Source: Waterburya sp.
GTDB taxonomy: Bacteria > Cyanobacteriota > Cyanobacteriia > Cyanobacteriales > Xenococcaceae
Direction of reading: 5' to 3'
Length of the DNA: 64,000 nt
Assembly (NCBI GenBank): GCA_965217895.1
Contig: CBDCJV010000002.1
Coordinates: 4,448,001 to 4,512,000, forward strand
Positions within the stretch are counted from its first letter, which is position 1; every line of letters begins with the position of its first letter. The notes under the pieces are model-generated. The model searched no databases. It was not told the DNA's origin and saw nothing but the letters and a program-made list of their open reading frames with translations. Below are positions 21,803 through 30,694 of this stretch, piece by piece. The translations under genes and the position numbers were made by a program.

Positions 21803-22840
21803 TTGAAACTTAATAAATATTTGGGATTGGGAATTAATAAATATACTATGTCCGCGTCAAGCAAAAAATATTTAAAATATGCTTCTTTTCTAGGTGCTGG
21901 ACTTATATTAAGCCTCATTACTTTGGGGTTCGATCGTAATTCAGCGGCAGCTTTATCTCCAGACATATTGGCTCAAGGGAGTGAAGCGGCAGGGGGGATC
22001 GCCCAAGTAAATTTGTTTCAGGCGATCGTTTTAGGTTTCGTTCAAGGAGCAACAGAATTTATTCCCATTAGTAGTACGGCACACCTAAAAGCCGTTCCCG
22101 TTTTTTTGGGCTGGGACGATCCTGGAGTGGCTTTTTCTGCTGTAATTCAGCTTGGTAGCTTGGCTGCGGTTTTATCTTATTTTTGGTCGGATATTAGTCA
22201 AATTACCAGAGGCATGATTAGGGCAGTTCGTACCAAAAATTATGATTCTCAAGATTTTTGCTTAGCCGTAGGAATTGCCATCGGCACTGTGCCAATTGTG
22301 CTTTTAGGTTTAATCTTAAAACTTTTTGAACCGCCATTTTATGAAAATATTCTTAGAAGTATGCCCTCAATTGCCATTGTCTCGATTGTCATGGCTTTAT
22401 TCCTGGCTTTAGCAGAAAGCGTCGGTAATCAAAAACGTAATTTCCAAGATTTAAAGCTTAAAGACGGTATTTTGTTGGGTTGCGCTCAAGCACTAGCAAT
22501 TATACCTGGGGTGTCTCGCTCAGGTTCAACCCTGACGGCTGGTTTGTTTAATAATTTAGAGCGGGCAACGGCAGCTAAATTTTCTTTTTTACTAGGTATT
22601 CCTGCGATCGCCCTATCTGGGCTAGTAGAATTAAAGGATATGGTCAGTTCTGGTGCAGCAAGCTCTGGGCTAATTCCTTTGGTGGCTGGGTTAATATCTT
22701 CGACAATATTTTCTTATTTAGCGATCGCCTGGCTGCTTAAATTCTTACAAAGAAGAAGTACCTGGGTGTTTGTTTGGTATAGATTGGGATTTGGGGTGTT
22801 TATCTTAGCTGCTGTGGCTCTGGGCTGGATTAAGGGATAA
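21803..22840 (+). CDS. uppP: Undecaprenyl-diphosphate phosphatase
   Basis: QGATEFIPISSTAH and PGVSRSGST motifs. Confidence 0.95.
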   Translation: MKLNKYLGLGINKYTMSASSKKYLKYASFLGAGLILSLITLGFDRNSAAALSPDILAQGSEAAGGIAQVNLFQAIVLGFVQGATEFIPISSTAHLKAVPVFLGWDDPGVAFSAVIQLGSLAAVLSYFWSDISQITRGMIRAVRTKNYDSQDFCLAVGIAIGTVPIVLLGLILKLFEPPFYENILRSMPSIAIVSIVMALFLALAESVGNQKRNFQDLKLKDGILLGCAQALAIIPGVSRSGSTLTAGLFNNLERATAAKFSFLLGIPAIALSGLVELKDMVSSGAASSGLIPLVAGLISSTIFSYLAIAWLLKFLQRRSTWVFVWYRLGFGVFILAAVALGWIKG

Positions 22841-22916
22841 GGGATAAATGTTAATAATTATTGTCCTACTATTTATGCTACTATATCGTAGACAATTATA
22901 CTTTACAAGCTAAGTT

Positions 22917-23162
22917 ATGGCTAAAATATCCATTTATTTAGACGATCATCTGGTAGAAGATTTAGATGATTTAGTTGAGAATAGTCCAAATTTAATCAAA
23001 CGTAATCGTAGCGAATTATTTAACTATTTACTCAAACAAGAAGCTATCAAACAGAAAAGAGCAGCAATGTTAGACGCAGCAGCAGCAGTAGATGACTTAA
23101 ATCTTGGCTGGAGTGAGGAGGAACAAAATTGCGCGATTATCGATGTGGAAGTATCTGGTTAG
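22917..23162 (+). CDS. Ribbon-helix-helix antitoxin
   Basis: KISIYLDD..NRSELF RHH pattern; overlaps the downstream PemK/MazF gene. Confidence 0.75.
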   Translation: MAKISIYLDDHLVEDLDDLVENSPNLIKRNRSELFNYLLKQEAIKQKRAAMLDAAAAVDDLNLGWSEEEQNCAIIDVEVSG

Positions 23163-23491
23163 TAAGTTTCGAGCCTTCAGTGAGAACCGAGATTAATAAA
23201 ACTAGACCTACTTTAATTATTTCTCCAACAGATTTCAACCAAGTTAGATCTAAAGTAACATTATTACCTATTTCTTCAGCCGTGGTTAGAGCTAAAAAAA
23301 TAGCTTCCGTGGTTGTTCGAGTTAAAGCAACTTCGGTAAATGGACTGAATTCGGACAGTACTATAATTGCCATTGAACCAAGTACCTTTGATAAAACAAG
23401 ATTGATTAAATATTTGGGTGATTTAGAATCAAGTTATCTAAATGAAGTTAAAGATATTTTAAAGTTTTATCTTGATTTATTTATTCTTTAA
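23129..23491 (+). CDS. PemK/MazF-family toxin
   Basis: GSIWLVSFEP..EINKTRPTLIIS...LPISS motif. Confidence 0.9.
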   Translation: MRDYRCGSIWLVSFEPSVRTEINKTRPTLIISPTDFNQVRSKVTLLPISSAVVRAKKIASVVVRVKATSVNGLNSDSTIIAIEPSTFDKTRLIKYLGDLESSYLNEVKDILKFYLDLFIL

Positions 23492-23499
23492 AGAAATTC

Positions 23500-23623
23500 G
23501 CGATCGCCTGGCTGCTTAAATTCTTACAAAGAATGAAGTACCTGGGTGTTTGTTTGGTATAGATTAGGATTTGGAGTCTTTATTCTGGTTGCCTTGGCTT
23601 TGGGATGGATTGATAATGTATAA
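23500..23623 (+). pseudogene. Duplicated 3' end of uppP, frameshifted, beginning at a HIP1 site
   Basis: Direct repeat of 22721-22840; near-identical for about 65 nt with a 1-nt insertion, then diverged. Confidence 0.9.
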
Positions 23624-23688
23624 GGGATGAAGGACGAGAGCGGAAGAATAATTGGTTGCGTTGTTTATCAAAACAACCAATCACATCT

Positions 23689-24855
23689 TTAAATTGGTAG
23701 CTTTGTATTTTCGAGAATAGCTTGATTTAAATTAACTCCGTTAAGATTGGCTTTTGACAAGTCAGTGTTGGTTAAATTGGCATAAGATAAGCTTGCACCA
23801 CTAAGATCTGCATTCTCAAAATTAACTCCTCTCAAATCAGTCCCGCTAAAGTTACATCCTCGTAAGCTACTATTGGCAAAATTAGCTCCTCTGAGTTTGG
23901 CATCATGAAAATCTGTACCATCTAAGCCAAGGTTAATCAGTTTTGCACCATTCATATCAGAGTAAGTAAATGCACAGTCGATGATTTTAGCTTCGGTCAG
24001 ATCTATTCCATCAAGATACATACAGGTATTATCTGGTTTTATGCCAATAATTGTTGCTCTATGTAGAATAGCTCCTTCTAGATGAACATTAGCGTACAAG
24101 TCTCTATCCCAGCGACCTTTTTCATAGATAAGAGTGGCTTCAGTAAGATTAGCCCCGTTTAAATTAGCAGATGTAATTCTTGCTCCAGTCAAGTTAGCAC
24201 CACTAAGATCTGCACCACTAAGATGAGCTTCGGCTAAATTGGTAAAACTCAAATCGGCATTAGTCAAGGAAACACCCGCAGTTATCAAATAAGCTCCTGC
24301 TGCTTGAGGATCGAATCCTGAAGGAAATACAGTGTGTGAATCATACAAAGCTCCTTTTAAATTGGCATATTCAAAATTAGAATTACTTAAATCCAAATAC
24401 AATCGAGATTCACGGGCATTGTAGCCTCTTAAGTTTGCCTTACTGAGGTTTGCTTGCTGAAAACTAACGTTTTGGAGTAATTTTACTTGGCTAAAATCTG
24501 CCCCTTCTAAATTAGCTCGCTCAAAATTGGTATTTACTAGTTGGCTTTCATAAAATCTAGCTTGAGTGAGGTTAGCTTCAGTAAAATTGGTATTGGTCAA
24601 GTCATTGTTTTGTAGATTTGCTTTGTGCAGCTTGGAATTTTTTAGTGATGCCCTAGTCAGGTTACAGTTATATATTTGGCAATCGATCAAATCTAAGTTT
24701 TCTAAAACAGCATCAGATAAATTGAACCCTGATAAATGAGCTGGTGAATTGAATTTAACTTGAGTTAAATCCGATCCAATCAAAATTTCGCGTTCTTTTG
24801 GATCATTTATCGATAACAATTGATTAAATGTATTGGTATTAATAATTTGCTTCAT
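23689..24855 (-). CDS. Pentapeptide repeat protein
   Basis: Many A(N/D)LxG/A(N/D)Fx repeats. Confidence 0.92.
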   Translation of the reverse strand: MKQIINTNTFNQLLSINDPKEREILIGSDLTQVKFNSPAHLSGFNLSDAVLENLDLIDCQIYNCNLTRASLKNSKLHKANLQNNDLTNTNFTEANLTQARFYESQLVNTNFERANLEGADFSQVKLLQNVSFQQANLSKANLRGYNARESRLYLDLSNSNFEYANLKGALYDSHTVFPSGFDPQAAGAYLITAGVSLTNADLSFTNLAEAHLSGADLSGANLTGARITSANLNGANLTEATLIYEKGRWDRDLYANVHLEGAILHRATIIGIKPDNTCMYLDGIDLTEAKIIDCAFTYSDMNGAKLINLGLDGTDFHDAKLRGANFANSSLRGCNFSGTDLRGVNFENADLSGASLSYANLTNTDLSKANLNGVNLNQAILENTKLPI

Positions 24856-25038
24856 ATTGCTTTTGGTGATTTAAAGTTAGAAAATAAACTCCTGAGTAGT
24901 GAAGTATGGTTTGGTAACTATATTTTATCTTGTATTAAAACTGTAATAATATTTTCCTAGATAATGCGATTAAGCTGATGCTGTAAGATGCGATCGCAAC
25001 TTCCATCAAATGTTTATTCTTGATATCATCAAGCTATT

Positions 25039-26373
25039 ATGAGTCGAGCTACTGTTCAACCAGCCAAAATAAGTGGTGTATTGCCAGATTCAATCGCCGA
25101 AGAGATTGGGTTTGAAGTTGGTGATGCGATCGTTTCGATTAATCAAACCCAGCCACGGGATCTAATTGACTATCGTTTCTTGTGTAGCGATGAGTATTTA
25201 GAGTTAGAAGTAGTTGATGCTACGGGCAATACTCATCAGATTGAAATAGAGAAAGATTACGACGACGATTTAGGTTTAGAATTTGAAACGGCTTTATTTG
25301 ATGGTCTAATTCAGTGTAATAATCATTGTCCATTTTGCTTTATCGATCAGCAGCCGACTGGTAAACGCCAAAGCCTTTATTTTAAAGATGACGATTACCG
25401 TCTCAGCTTTCTTTATGGTAGCTATCTTACTCTTACCAATCTGACAGATAAAGAATGGCGACGGATCGAACAGATGCGCCTTTCTCCTTTGTATGTCTCG
25501 GTACACGCCAGCGAGCCAGAAGTTAGAACTCGTTTGCTCAAAAATAATCGCGCTGGTTTAATCATGTCCCAGTTAAAGTGGTTTCAACAGAGACGGTTAC
25601 AGATACACGCTCAGGTAGTAGTATGTCCTGACATCAATGATGGAATACACTTGGAAAAAACCGTTTTAGATTTAGCCTCTTTTCATCAGGGAGATATCCC
25701 CGCAGTAGCTTCGGTGGCAGTAGTTCCCGTCGGCTTAACTAAGTTTCGTCCTTTAAAAGATGAGTTAATACCGATAAGTCAAGCTAAAGCCGTGGAAGTT
25801 ATCGAACAGGTACAGCAGCTACAGCAAAAGTTTAACCAGCAGTTTGGCAGTAACTTTGTCTGGTTAGCCGACGAATGGTTTTTAATTGCCCGCCAAGATG
25901 TTCCCGCAGAATCTCACTATGAAGATTATCCCCAAATTGGCAATGGTGTTGGTTCAATTCGTTTATTTCTTAAGCAATTTCAAGCCACGGCTAGAAAGAT
26001 GTTACCCAAAGCGATTAATCCGCCTCGTCGTTTTACCTGGGTGGTGGGTAATGCAGTCGAACAAGCATTTAAACCTCTAGTGGAACAGCTTAATGCAGTT
26101 AAAGGGTTAGAAATTAATTTGGTTGCTCTAAATAGCCTGTATTGGGGACAAGAGATTACCGTTACAGGCTTGTTGACAGGACAGGATTTACTGGCAGGTT
26201 TGAAGGAAAAAGATATAGGAGAGGGAATTTTGCTACCTTCTTTGATGCTTAAACACGACGATACAAAGTTTTTGGACGATATGACAGTTGCAGATGTTGC
26301 TCGCCAGTTGAAAGTGGCAATTTTTCCCGTCAGTGGTGTTAAGGAATTGATTGATCGGTGTCTCATCACCTGA
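25039..26373 (+). CDS. PDZ plus radical-SAM-like protein (TIGR03279/DUF512)
   Basis: CNNHCPFCFIDQ and KDDDYRLSFLYGSYLTLTN motifs. Confidence 0.9.
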   Translation: MSRATVQPAKISGVLPDSIAEEIGFEVGDAIVSINQTQPRDLIDYRFLCSDEYLELEVVDATGNTHQIEIEKDYDDDLGLEFETALFDGLIQCNNHCPFCFIDQQPTGKRQSLYFKDDDYRLSFLYGSYLTLTNLTDKEWRRIEQMRLSPLYVSVHASEPEVRTRLLKNNRAGLIMSQLKWFQQRRLQIHAQVVVCPDINDGIHLEKTVLDLASFHQGDIPAVASVAVVPVGLTKFRPLKDELIPISQAKAVEVIEQVQQLQQKFNQQFGSNFVWLADEWFLIARQDVPAESHYEDYPQIGNGVGSIRLFLKQFQATARKMLPKAINPPRRFTWVVGNAVEQAFKPLVEQLNAVKGLEINLVALNSLYWGQEITVTGLLTGQDLLAGLKEKDIGEGILLPSLMLKHDDTKFLDDMTVADVARQLKVAIFPVSGVKELIDRCLIT

Positions 26374-26541
26374 TTACTTTTGCGCTTTATCCAACAAATT
26401 AGCAATTTTATCTATCAATTAAGCCTGTTTCAATTAGCTGATGATAATCTTCTACCGTCCACTTGTATCGAGTTTTCATTCTGATTACTAATGTACGGGC
26501 GAACGGCCCTAAAGGGTGTGGTAGTCGCCCCTAACTAATTA

Positions 26542-26919
26542 CTAATTGCACTTTTGACACAACCCAAAAAACTCTAGGGTATGATAATAGACCTTGAATG
26601 TATGAGACTTTTCAAGCTGTTTTTCTAAGTCGTGTACAGGACATTCATCAATGGCAATAGACACGCCACAATTAACGCAGGTAAGATGATGGCGATCGCT
26701 TTTAATTGGACTATATACAGATTCCCCGTTAGCTAAAGCCCTTACCTGGACTTCTCCCTGAATTTTCAAAGCCTCCAAAGAGCGATAAACCGTTGCCAAA
26801 CCCATATCTTGTTCGCGATTGCGTAATTCGATATAAAGATCCTGAGCCGAAATAGAACGTTTTAGACTCTGAAGGACTTCCATTATTCGCTCTTGAGAAC
26901 GAGTGCGTTGGGCTTTCAT
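26542..26919 (-). CDS. Fur-family regulator (Zur-like)
   Basis: GLATVYRSL, HHLTCVNCG and GLCQKC motifs. Confidence 0.9.
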   Translation of the reverse strand: MKAQRTRSQERIMEVLQSLKRSISAQDLYIELRNREQDMGLATVYRSLEALKIQGEVQVRALANGESVYSPIKSDRHHLTCVNCGVSIAIDECPVHDLEKQLEKSHTFKVYYHTLEFFGLCQKCN

Positions 26920-27065
26920 AATTGTTTATATCGAATTTAGATATATAGATATCTATTTTACTGGGCAAAGATAGAAATTGAATTTTGAATTTGGTTATCT
27001 CGAACCATCTACACTATAAAATCAAGAAGGCGATCAAGCTTTTCGTAATCATCAACGGTAATTCT

Positions 27066-27332
27066 ATGGCGACCAAATATCACGCTCGTATCTATGTTAC
27101 TCTTCGATCTTCAGTACTCGATCCAGCAGGTACGGCGGTAGAATCAGGACTAAGGCAAATGGGATATACCGAAGTAGAATCTGTCAGAATTGGTAAGTAT
27201 ATTGAATTGCAGTTAAGTGCAGCTAACGAGGATGAGGCAAAACAGCATTTAGATCAAATGTGCGATCGCCTGTTGGCAAATACGGTAATTGAAAATTATT
27301 GCTTTGAACTAACTGAACTAGCTACGGCGTAA
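27066..27332 (+). CDS. purS: Phosphoribosylformylglycinamidine synthase subunit PurS
   Basis: VLDPAG, VRIGKY and LLANTVIENY motifs; start moved to the ATG at 27066. Confidence 0.93.
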   Translation: MATKYHARIYVTLRSSVLDPAGTAVESGLRQMGYTEVESVRIGKYIELQLSAANEDEAKQHLDQMCDRLLANTVIENYCFELTELATA

Positions 27333-27353
27333 GATCATCACAGGAGTAAATAA

Positions 27354-28046
27354 ATGAAGTTTGGGGTTATAGTATTTCCTGGTTCAAATTGCGATCGCGA
27401 TATTTCTACGGTAACTAAAGGGTTACTAAATGCACCAACTCGCATGGTGTGGCATCAAGAAACGGATATTGCAGATTTGGATGTAGTAGTTTTACCTGGA
27501 GGCTTTAGCTACGGTGATTATCTACGCTGTGGGGCGATCGCGCAATTTTCTCCCGTAATGAACAGTATCATCGAACACGCTAAACAAGGTAAATATGTCT
27601 TGGGGATCTGTAATGGTTTTCAGGTGCTAACGGAAGTAGGCTTATTGCCAGGGGCATTAATTCGCAATCGTGGTCTACATTTTATCTGCGATCGCGTTCC
27701 CATTCAGCTTGAACGTAACGATCTAATCTGGACAAAAGGTTATCAAGCTCAACAAGTAATTACCTTACCTATTGCCCACGGTGAGGGCTGCTATTTTGCC
27801 GATGAGGATACGCTGAAGACTTTAGAAGATAATAATCAGGTAGTATTTCGCTACTGTAGTGCAGCAGGAGAAATAAACGCTGACCATAATTTCAATGGTT
27901 CAATGAATAATATAGCAGGGATTGTTAACCAACAGGGCAATGTATTAGGCATGATGCCTCATCCTGAAAGGGCTGCTGACAAAGCGATCGGCGGTACGGA
28001 TGGTTTGGCTATGTTTGAGGGGTTACTGAATTTCGCTACTGCTTAG
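27354..28046 (+). CDS. purQ: Phosphoribosylformylglycinamidine synthase subunit PurQ
   Basis: [24 protein letters not shown] and MMPHPER motifs. Confidence 0.97.
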   Translation: MKFGVIVFPGSNCDRDISTVTKGLLNAPTRMVWHQETDIADLDVVVLPGGFSYGDYLRCGAIAQFSPVMNSIIEHAKQGKYVLGICNGFQVLTEVGLLPGALIRNRGLHFICDRVPIQLERNDLIWTKGYQAQQVITLPIAHGEGCYFADEDTLKTLEDNNQVVFRYCSAAGEINADHNFNGSMNNIAGIVNQQGNVLGMMPHPERAADKAIGGTDGLAMFEGLLNFATA

Positions 28047-28086
28047 TAAGATGTAATTCAAGCTAAATTTTACCAGGAAAATCACC

Positions 28087-28995
28087 ATGAATATCGAACA
28101 GTTAAACGCAGATTACGGCATCGCTAACAAAGTTCAGTTTATTGAGGGCAAAGGTGGTTTTCCTATCATTAAAGTCAACAATGAATATGCTAAAGCCTCT
28201 ATTTCAGTTTACGCAGGTCAAGTACTATCTTTTCAACCTGTAGATCAGGCTGAAGACATAATGTTTTTTAGCAGCAAAGCCTATCACCAAGAAGGTAAGG
28301 CAATGAAAGGCGGTACACCAATATGTTGGCCCTGGTTTGGACCAGATCCAGAAGATAAAGGACGTTCTAGCCATGGTTTTGTACGCAATCGCCTGTGGCA
28401 GATGCGAGAAGTAGTCAGCACTCAAGATGGTGCTACTAAAGTCACATTAGGGCTAACAGATACAGCCGAGACTAGAGCAATCTGGGATTATGAATTTGAT
28501 TTTGCGATCGCCATTACCGTTGGGAAGTCTTTAACCGTCGAATTAATTACCTGCAATACAGCAGACAAGACATTTTCTATCACTCAAGCTTTGCACACTT
28601 ACTTCAAAGTGGGAGATATTAGTCAAGTGCAGGTGCTAGGTTTGGCAGGCAATGATTATATCGATAAGGTTGATAATGGTAAACACAAAACCCAATCTGG
28701 CGAAGTGGCTTTTGATCAAGAGTGCGATCGCATTTATCTAAACGTGCAGCCAGAATTAACTATTAATGACGCTGCATTAGGAAGACAGATTAAGATTACT
28801 GCTACCAATAGCAAAACAGCAATTGTCTGGAATCCTTGGGCAACTAGTTCGGCAAATATGGCTGACTTAGAAGACCATGACTATCAAAATTTTGTCTGTG
28901 TAGAAACTGCTAATGCGGCTAACGAAATAATTGAAGTGGCTGCGGATAGTGAATACAAGATAACTGCCAACTACGCAGTAACTAAATCTGCATAG
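28087..28995 (+). CDS. D-hexose-6-phosphate mutarotase family protein
   Basis: GGTPICWPWFG, HGFVR, ALHTYF, VWNPW and FVCVE motifs. Confidence 0.92.
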   Translation: MNIEQLNADYGIANKVQFIEGKGGFPIIKVNNEYAKASISVYAGQVLSFQPVDQAEDIMFFSSKAYHQEGKAMKGGTPICWPWFGPDPEDKGRSSHGFVRNRLWQMREVVSTQDGATKVTLGLTDTAETRAIWDYEFDFAIAITVGKSLTVELITCNTADKTFSITQALHTYFKVGDISQVQVLGLAGNDYIDKVDNGKHKTQSGEVAFDQECDRIYLNVQPELTINDAALGRQIKITATNSKTAIVWNPWATSSANMADLEDHDYQNFVCVETANAANEIIEVAADSEYKITANYAVTKSA

Positions 28996-29100
28996 CGCAT
29001 TTTTAATGCCTGTATCAATTAACAGTCTAGTTCATCATCTCCGTGCTGAAGCAACGAAGATGATGATGATGTCTGAGGGACGATGAATATATAGTCGCTG

Positions 29101-29274
29101 CTATGAGGTTTCACCGCAGCCACAGTCTGACATTTTACAACTTTGATCGTTCACATGACCATTGGCACAGGCTTCACAACAATAATATTGGTCGCCTTTT
29201 TGAATTGCATTTTCTAAAGATATTTCACAATCACAGCGATCGCAGGAGCATTTTACTAAATTGGTAGTGGTCAT
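29101..29274 (-). CDS. smtA: Prokaryotic metallothionein, 57 aa
   Basis: Manual translation MTTTNLVKCSCDRCDCEISLENAIQKGDQYYCCEACANGHVNDQSCKMSDCGCGETS; not in the ORF track. Confidence 0.9.
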   Translation of the reverse strand: MTTTNLVKCSCDRCDCEISLENAIQKGDQYYCCEACANGHVNDQSCKMSDCGCGETS

Positions 29275-29305
29275 GATGTTTTATCTAGTGAGGTTATAAA
29301 TTTAT

Positions 29306-29331
29306 TATATATGAACATATATTCAGATATT
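29306..29331. promoter_or_regulatory. SmtB/ArsR-type 12-2-12 operator of smtA
   Basis: Minus strand AATATCTGAATA-TA-TGTTCATATATA, with a TGAA...TTCA core. Confidence 0.7.
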
Positions 29332-29411
29332 GAAATCTTGGAAATTATTTATTCTATTATTGCAAATTAGACATTCAGTTTGCTATATTGGTTTAGCGCA
29401 ACAAAAAGCGA

Positions 29412-29484
29412 GCCAGGATAGCTCAGGTGGTAGAGCAGAGGACTGAAAATCCTCGTGTCGGCAGTTCAAGTCTGCCTCCCGGCA
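29412..29484 (+). tRNA. trnF: tRNA-Phe(GAA)
   Basis: 73 nt, GCCAGGATAGCTCAG...CTGAAAA...GGCAGTTCAAGTCTGCCTCCCGGCA; CCA not encoded; A4:C69 acceptor-stem mismatch. Confidence 0.97.
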
Positions 29485-29486
29485 TT

Positions 29487-29637
29487 TGTACATTCAATAA
29501 TTAAGTGTCGTTGTTCACACATTGTTGTCGTTATTAACAATTTAATGTCGCAAACTAACAAATTGTTGTGGTGAAGTAATAAATCAAACTGTTCACATAA
29601 TAATTGTCGCAATTAGAGCTTTAAAGATATTGTCTGT
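29487..29637 (+). repeat. CAST tRNA-proximal (left) end with tandem TnsB-binding sites
   Basis: Repeated ~20-bp units ending in TGTCG near 29507, 29527, 29547 and 29605. Confidence 0.85.
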
Positions 29638-29811
29638 TAAGGTGATTTCCAGCAAACATTATACCCACAAGAAAGCAACAGTATTCTGAAGTTGACGGAT
29701 GCAAGTGGGTATGGTCTTTCTTGGAAATCACCTAAGACGGGTATTCTTTCTACGTACTTTGTTTATATTATCTTTATTAGCCTAATAGTGAAATAACATT
29801 AGCTAGAGAGG

Positions 29812-29847
29812 TTTTCAGTCCTCTGCTCCTTTCAACCCTTCCCAAAG
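29812..29847 (-). CRISPR. Delocalised homing crRNA: truncated repeat plus 17-nt spacer against tRNA-Phe
   Basis: Minus strand CTTTGGGAAGGGTTGAAAG-GAGCAGAGGACTGAAAA; spacer identical to 29433-29449, which follows GTA at 29430-29432. Confidence 0.95.
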
Positions 29848-29912
29848 GCTAATATTGTAGTGATTGAATTATATTTGATGCTAATTATAGTTATATCTCA
29901 AAAAAGTTTAAG

Positions 29913-30115
29913 TTTTTAAACTCTTACGCTTAAGAAAGATCAAAGCAAGCAATACAAAAGTAAATAAAATTAGTAAAGCGACTAGAGTAATTGGTTGCTC
30001 ATATCTCTTTCAAACCCTCCCACTTCGGGAAGGTCAAAGCAACTATGGGGGCATTTGTATTACAGACCCAGATTAAACCTTTCAAACCCTCCCACTTCGG
30101 GAAGGTCAAAGCAAC
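29913..30115 (-). CRISPR. V-K mini array: two intact 37-nt repeats GTTGCTTTGACCTTCCCGAAGTGGGAGGGTTTGAAAG, one 35-nt spacer, one degenerate repeat
   Basis: Repeats at 30007-30043 and 30079-30115; degenerate copy at 29913-29949 (26/37 identical). Confidence 0.92.
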
Positions 30116-30317
30116 ACTACCCGTCAAATCTCCTGTCGAACCATGCTTTCAATTTAAATTCTGCCAAAGGTCAAATATCTTCAATTTGGCAAACATAAAA
30201 TTACTGCATGATAAAGGTTTAATTTAGTTTATCTTCGCTACAACCTTTGAATGACAAGAGTTTTAAATATTTGTCGAACCTCTCAGGGATTTCGTCCGCG
30301 CTTAGGTTCAACAAAAA
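30116..30317 (-). promoter_or_regulatory. V-K array leader homologous to the type I-D leaders
   Basis: TTGTCGAACCTCTCAGGGATTTCGTCCGCGCTTAGGTTCAACAAA at 30271 matches 39916-39960 and the reverse complement of 48137-48181. Confidence 0.85.
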
Positions 30318-30320
30318 ATA

Positions 30321-30650
30321 ATTTGGGAAGGATTCCTCCGATGAAGGAGGTGATTCAGTAACTACCACTCCAGTAATCTGTATCCCGATTTTGGGACTAG
30401 TCTCAAGCTGTTCCTCATCTTTAAGACATACTTCTTATTGCTGGGAGCGCACCTGACCGTTAATATAGAGTTACGAGATTCTACATTAAGGCACTTTCCT
30501 ATCTACATTAGCGAGAACTAGAGATAGCAGCTTCAGAAGCGGGTACCTACCAGGGTCAGAAAGAAAAATTGTCTTCCGACAATCAAACTAACCCTATTTT
30601 TCGGCGGTGCAGAGGACTTATTCATAAGACATAAACCGCGACGCTATTAT
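30321..30650 (-). ncRNA. Cas12k tracrRNA (about 330 nt, ends approximate)
   Basis: V-K tracr motifs AGGGTTAGTTTG, CTTTCTGACCCTGGTAG, AGGTGCGCTCCCAGCAATAAG and ACTGAATCACC; 3' anti-repeat AATCCTTCCCAAA. Confidence 0.9.
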
Positions 30651-30694
30651 TGTTATTCTATTGTCAAGGTTCGATTGAAGACATTAATTATTAT

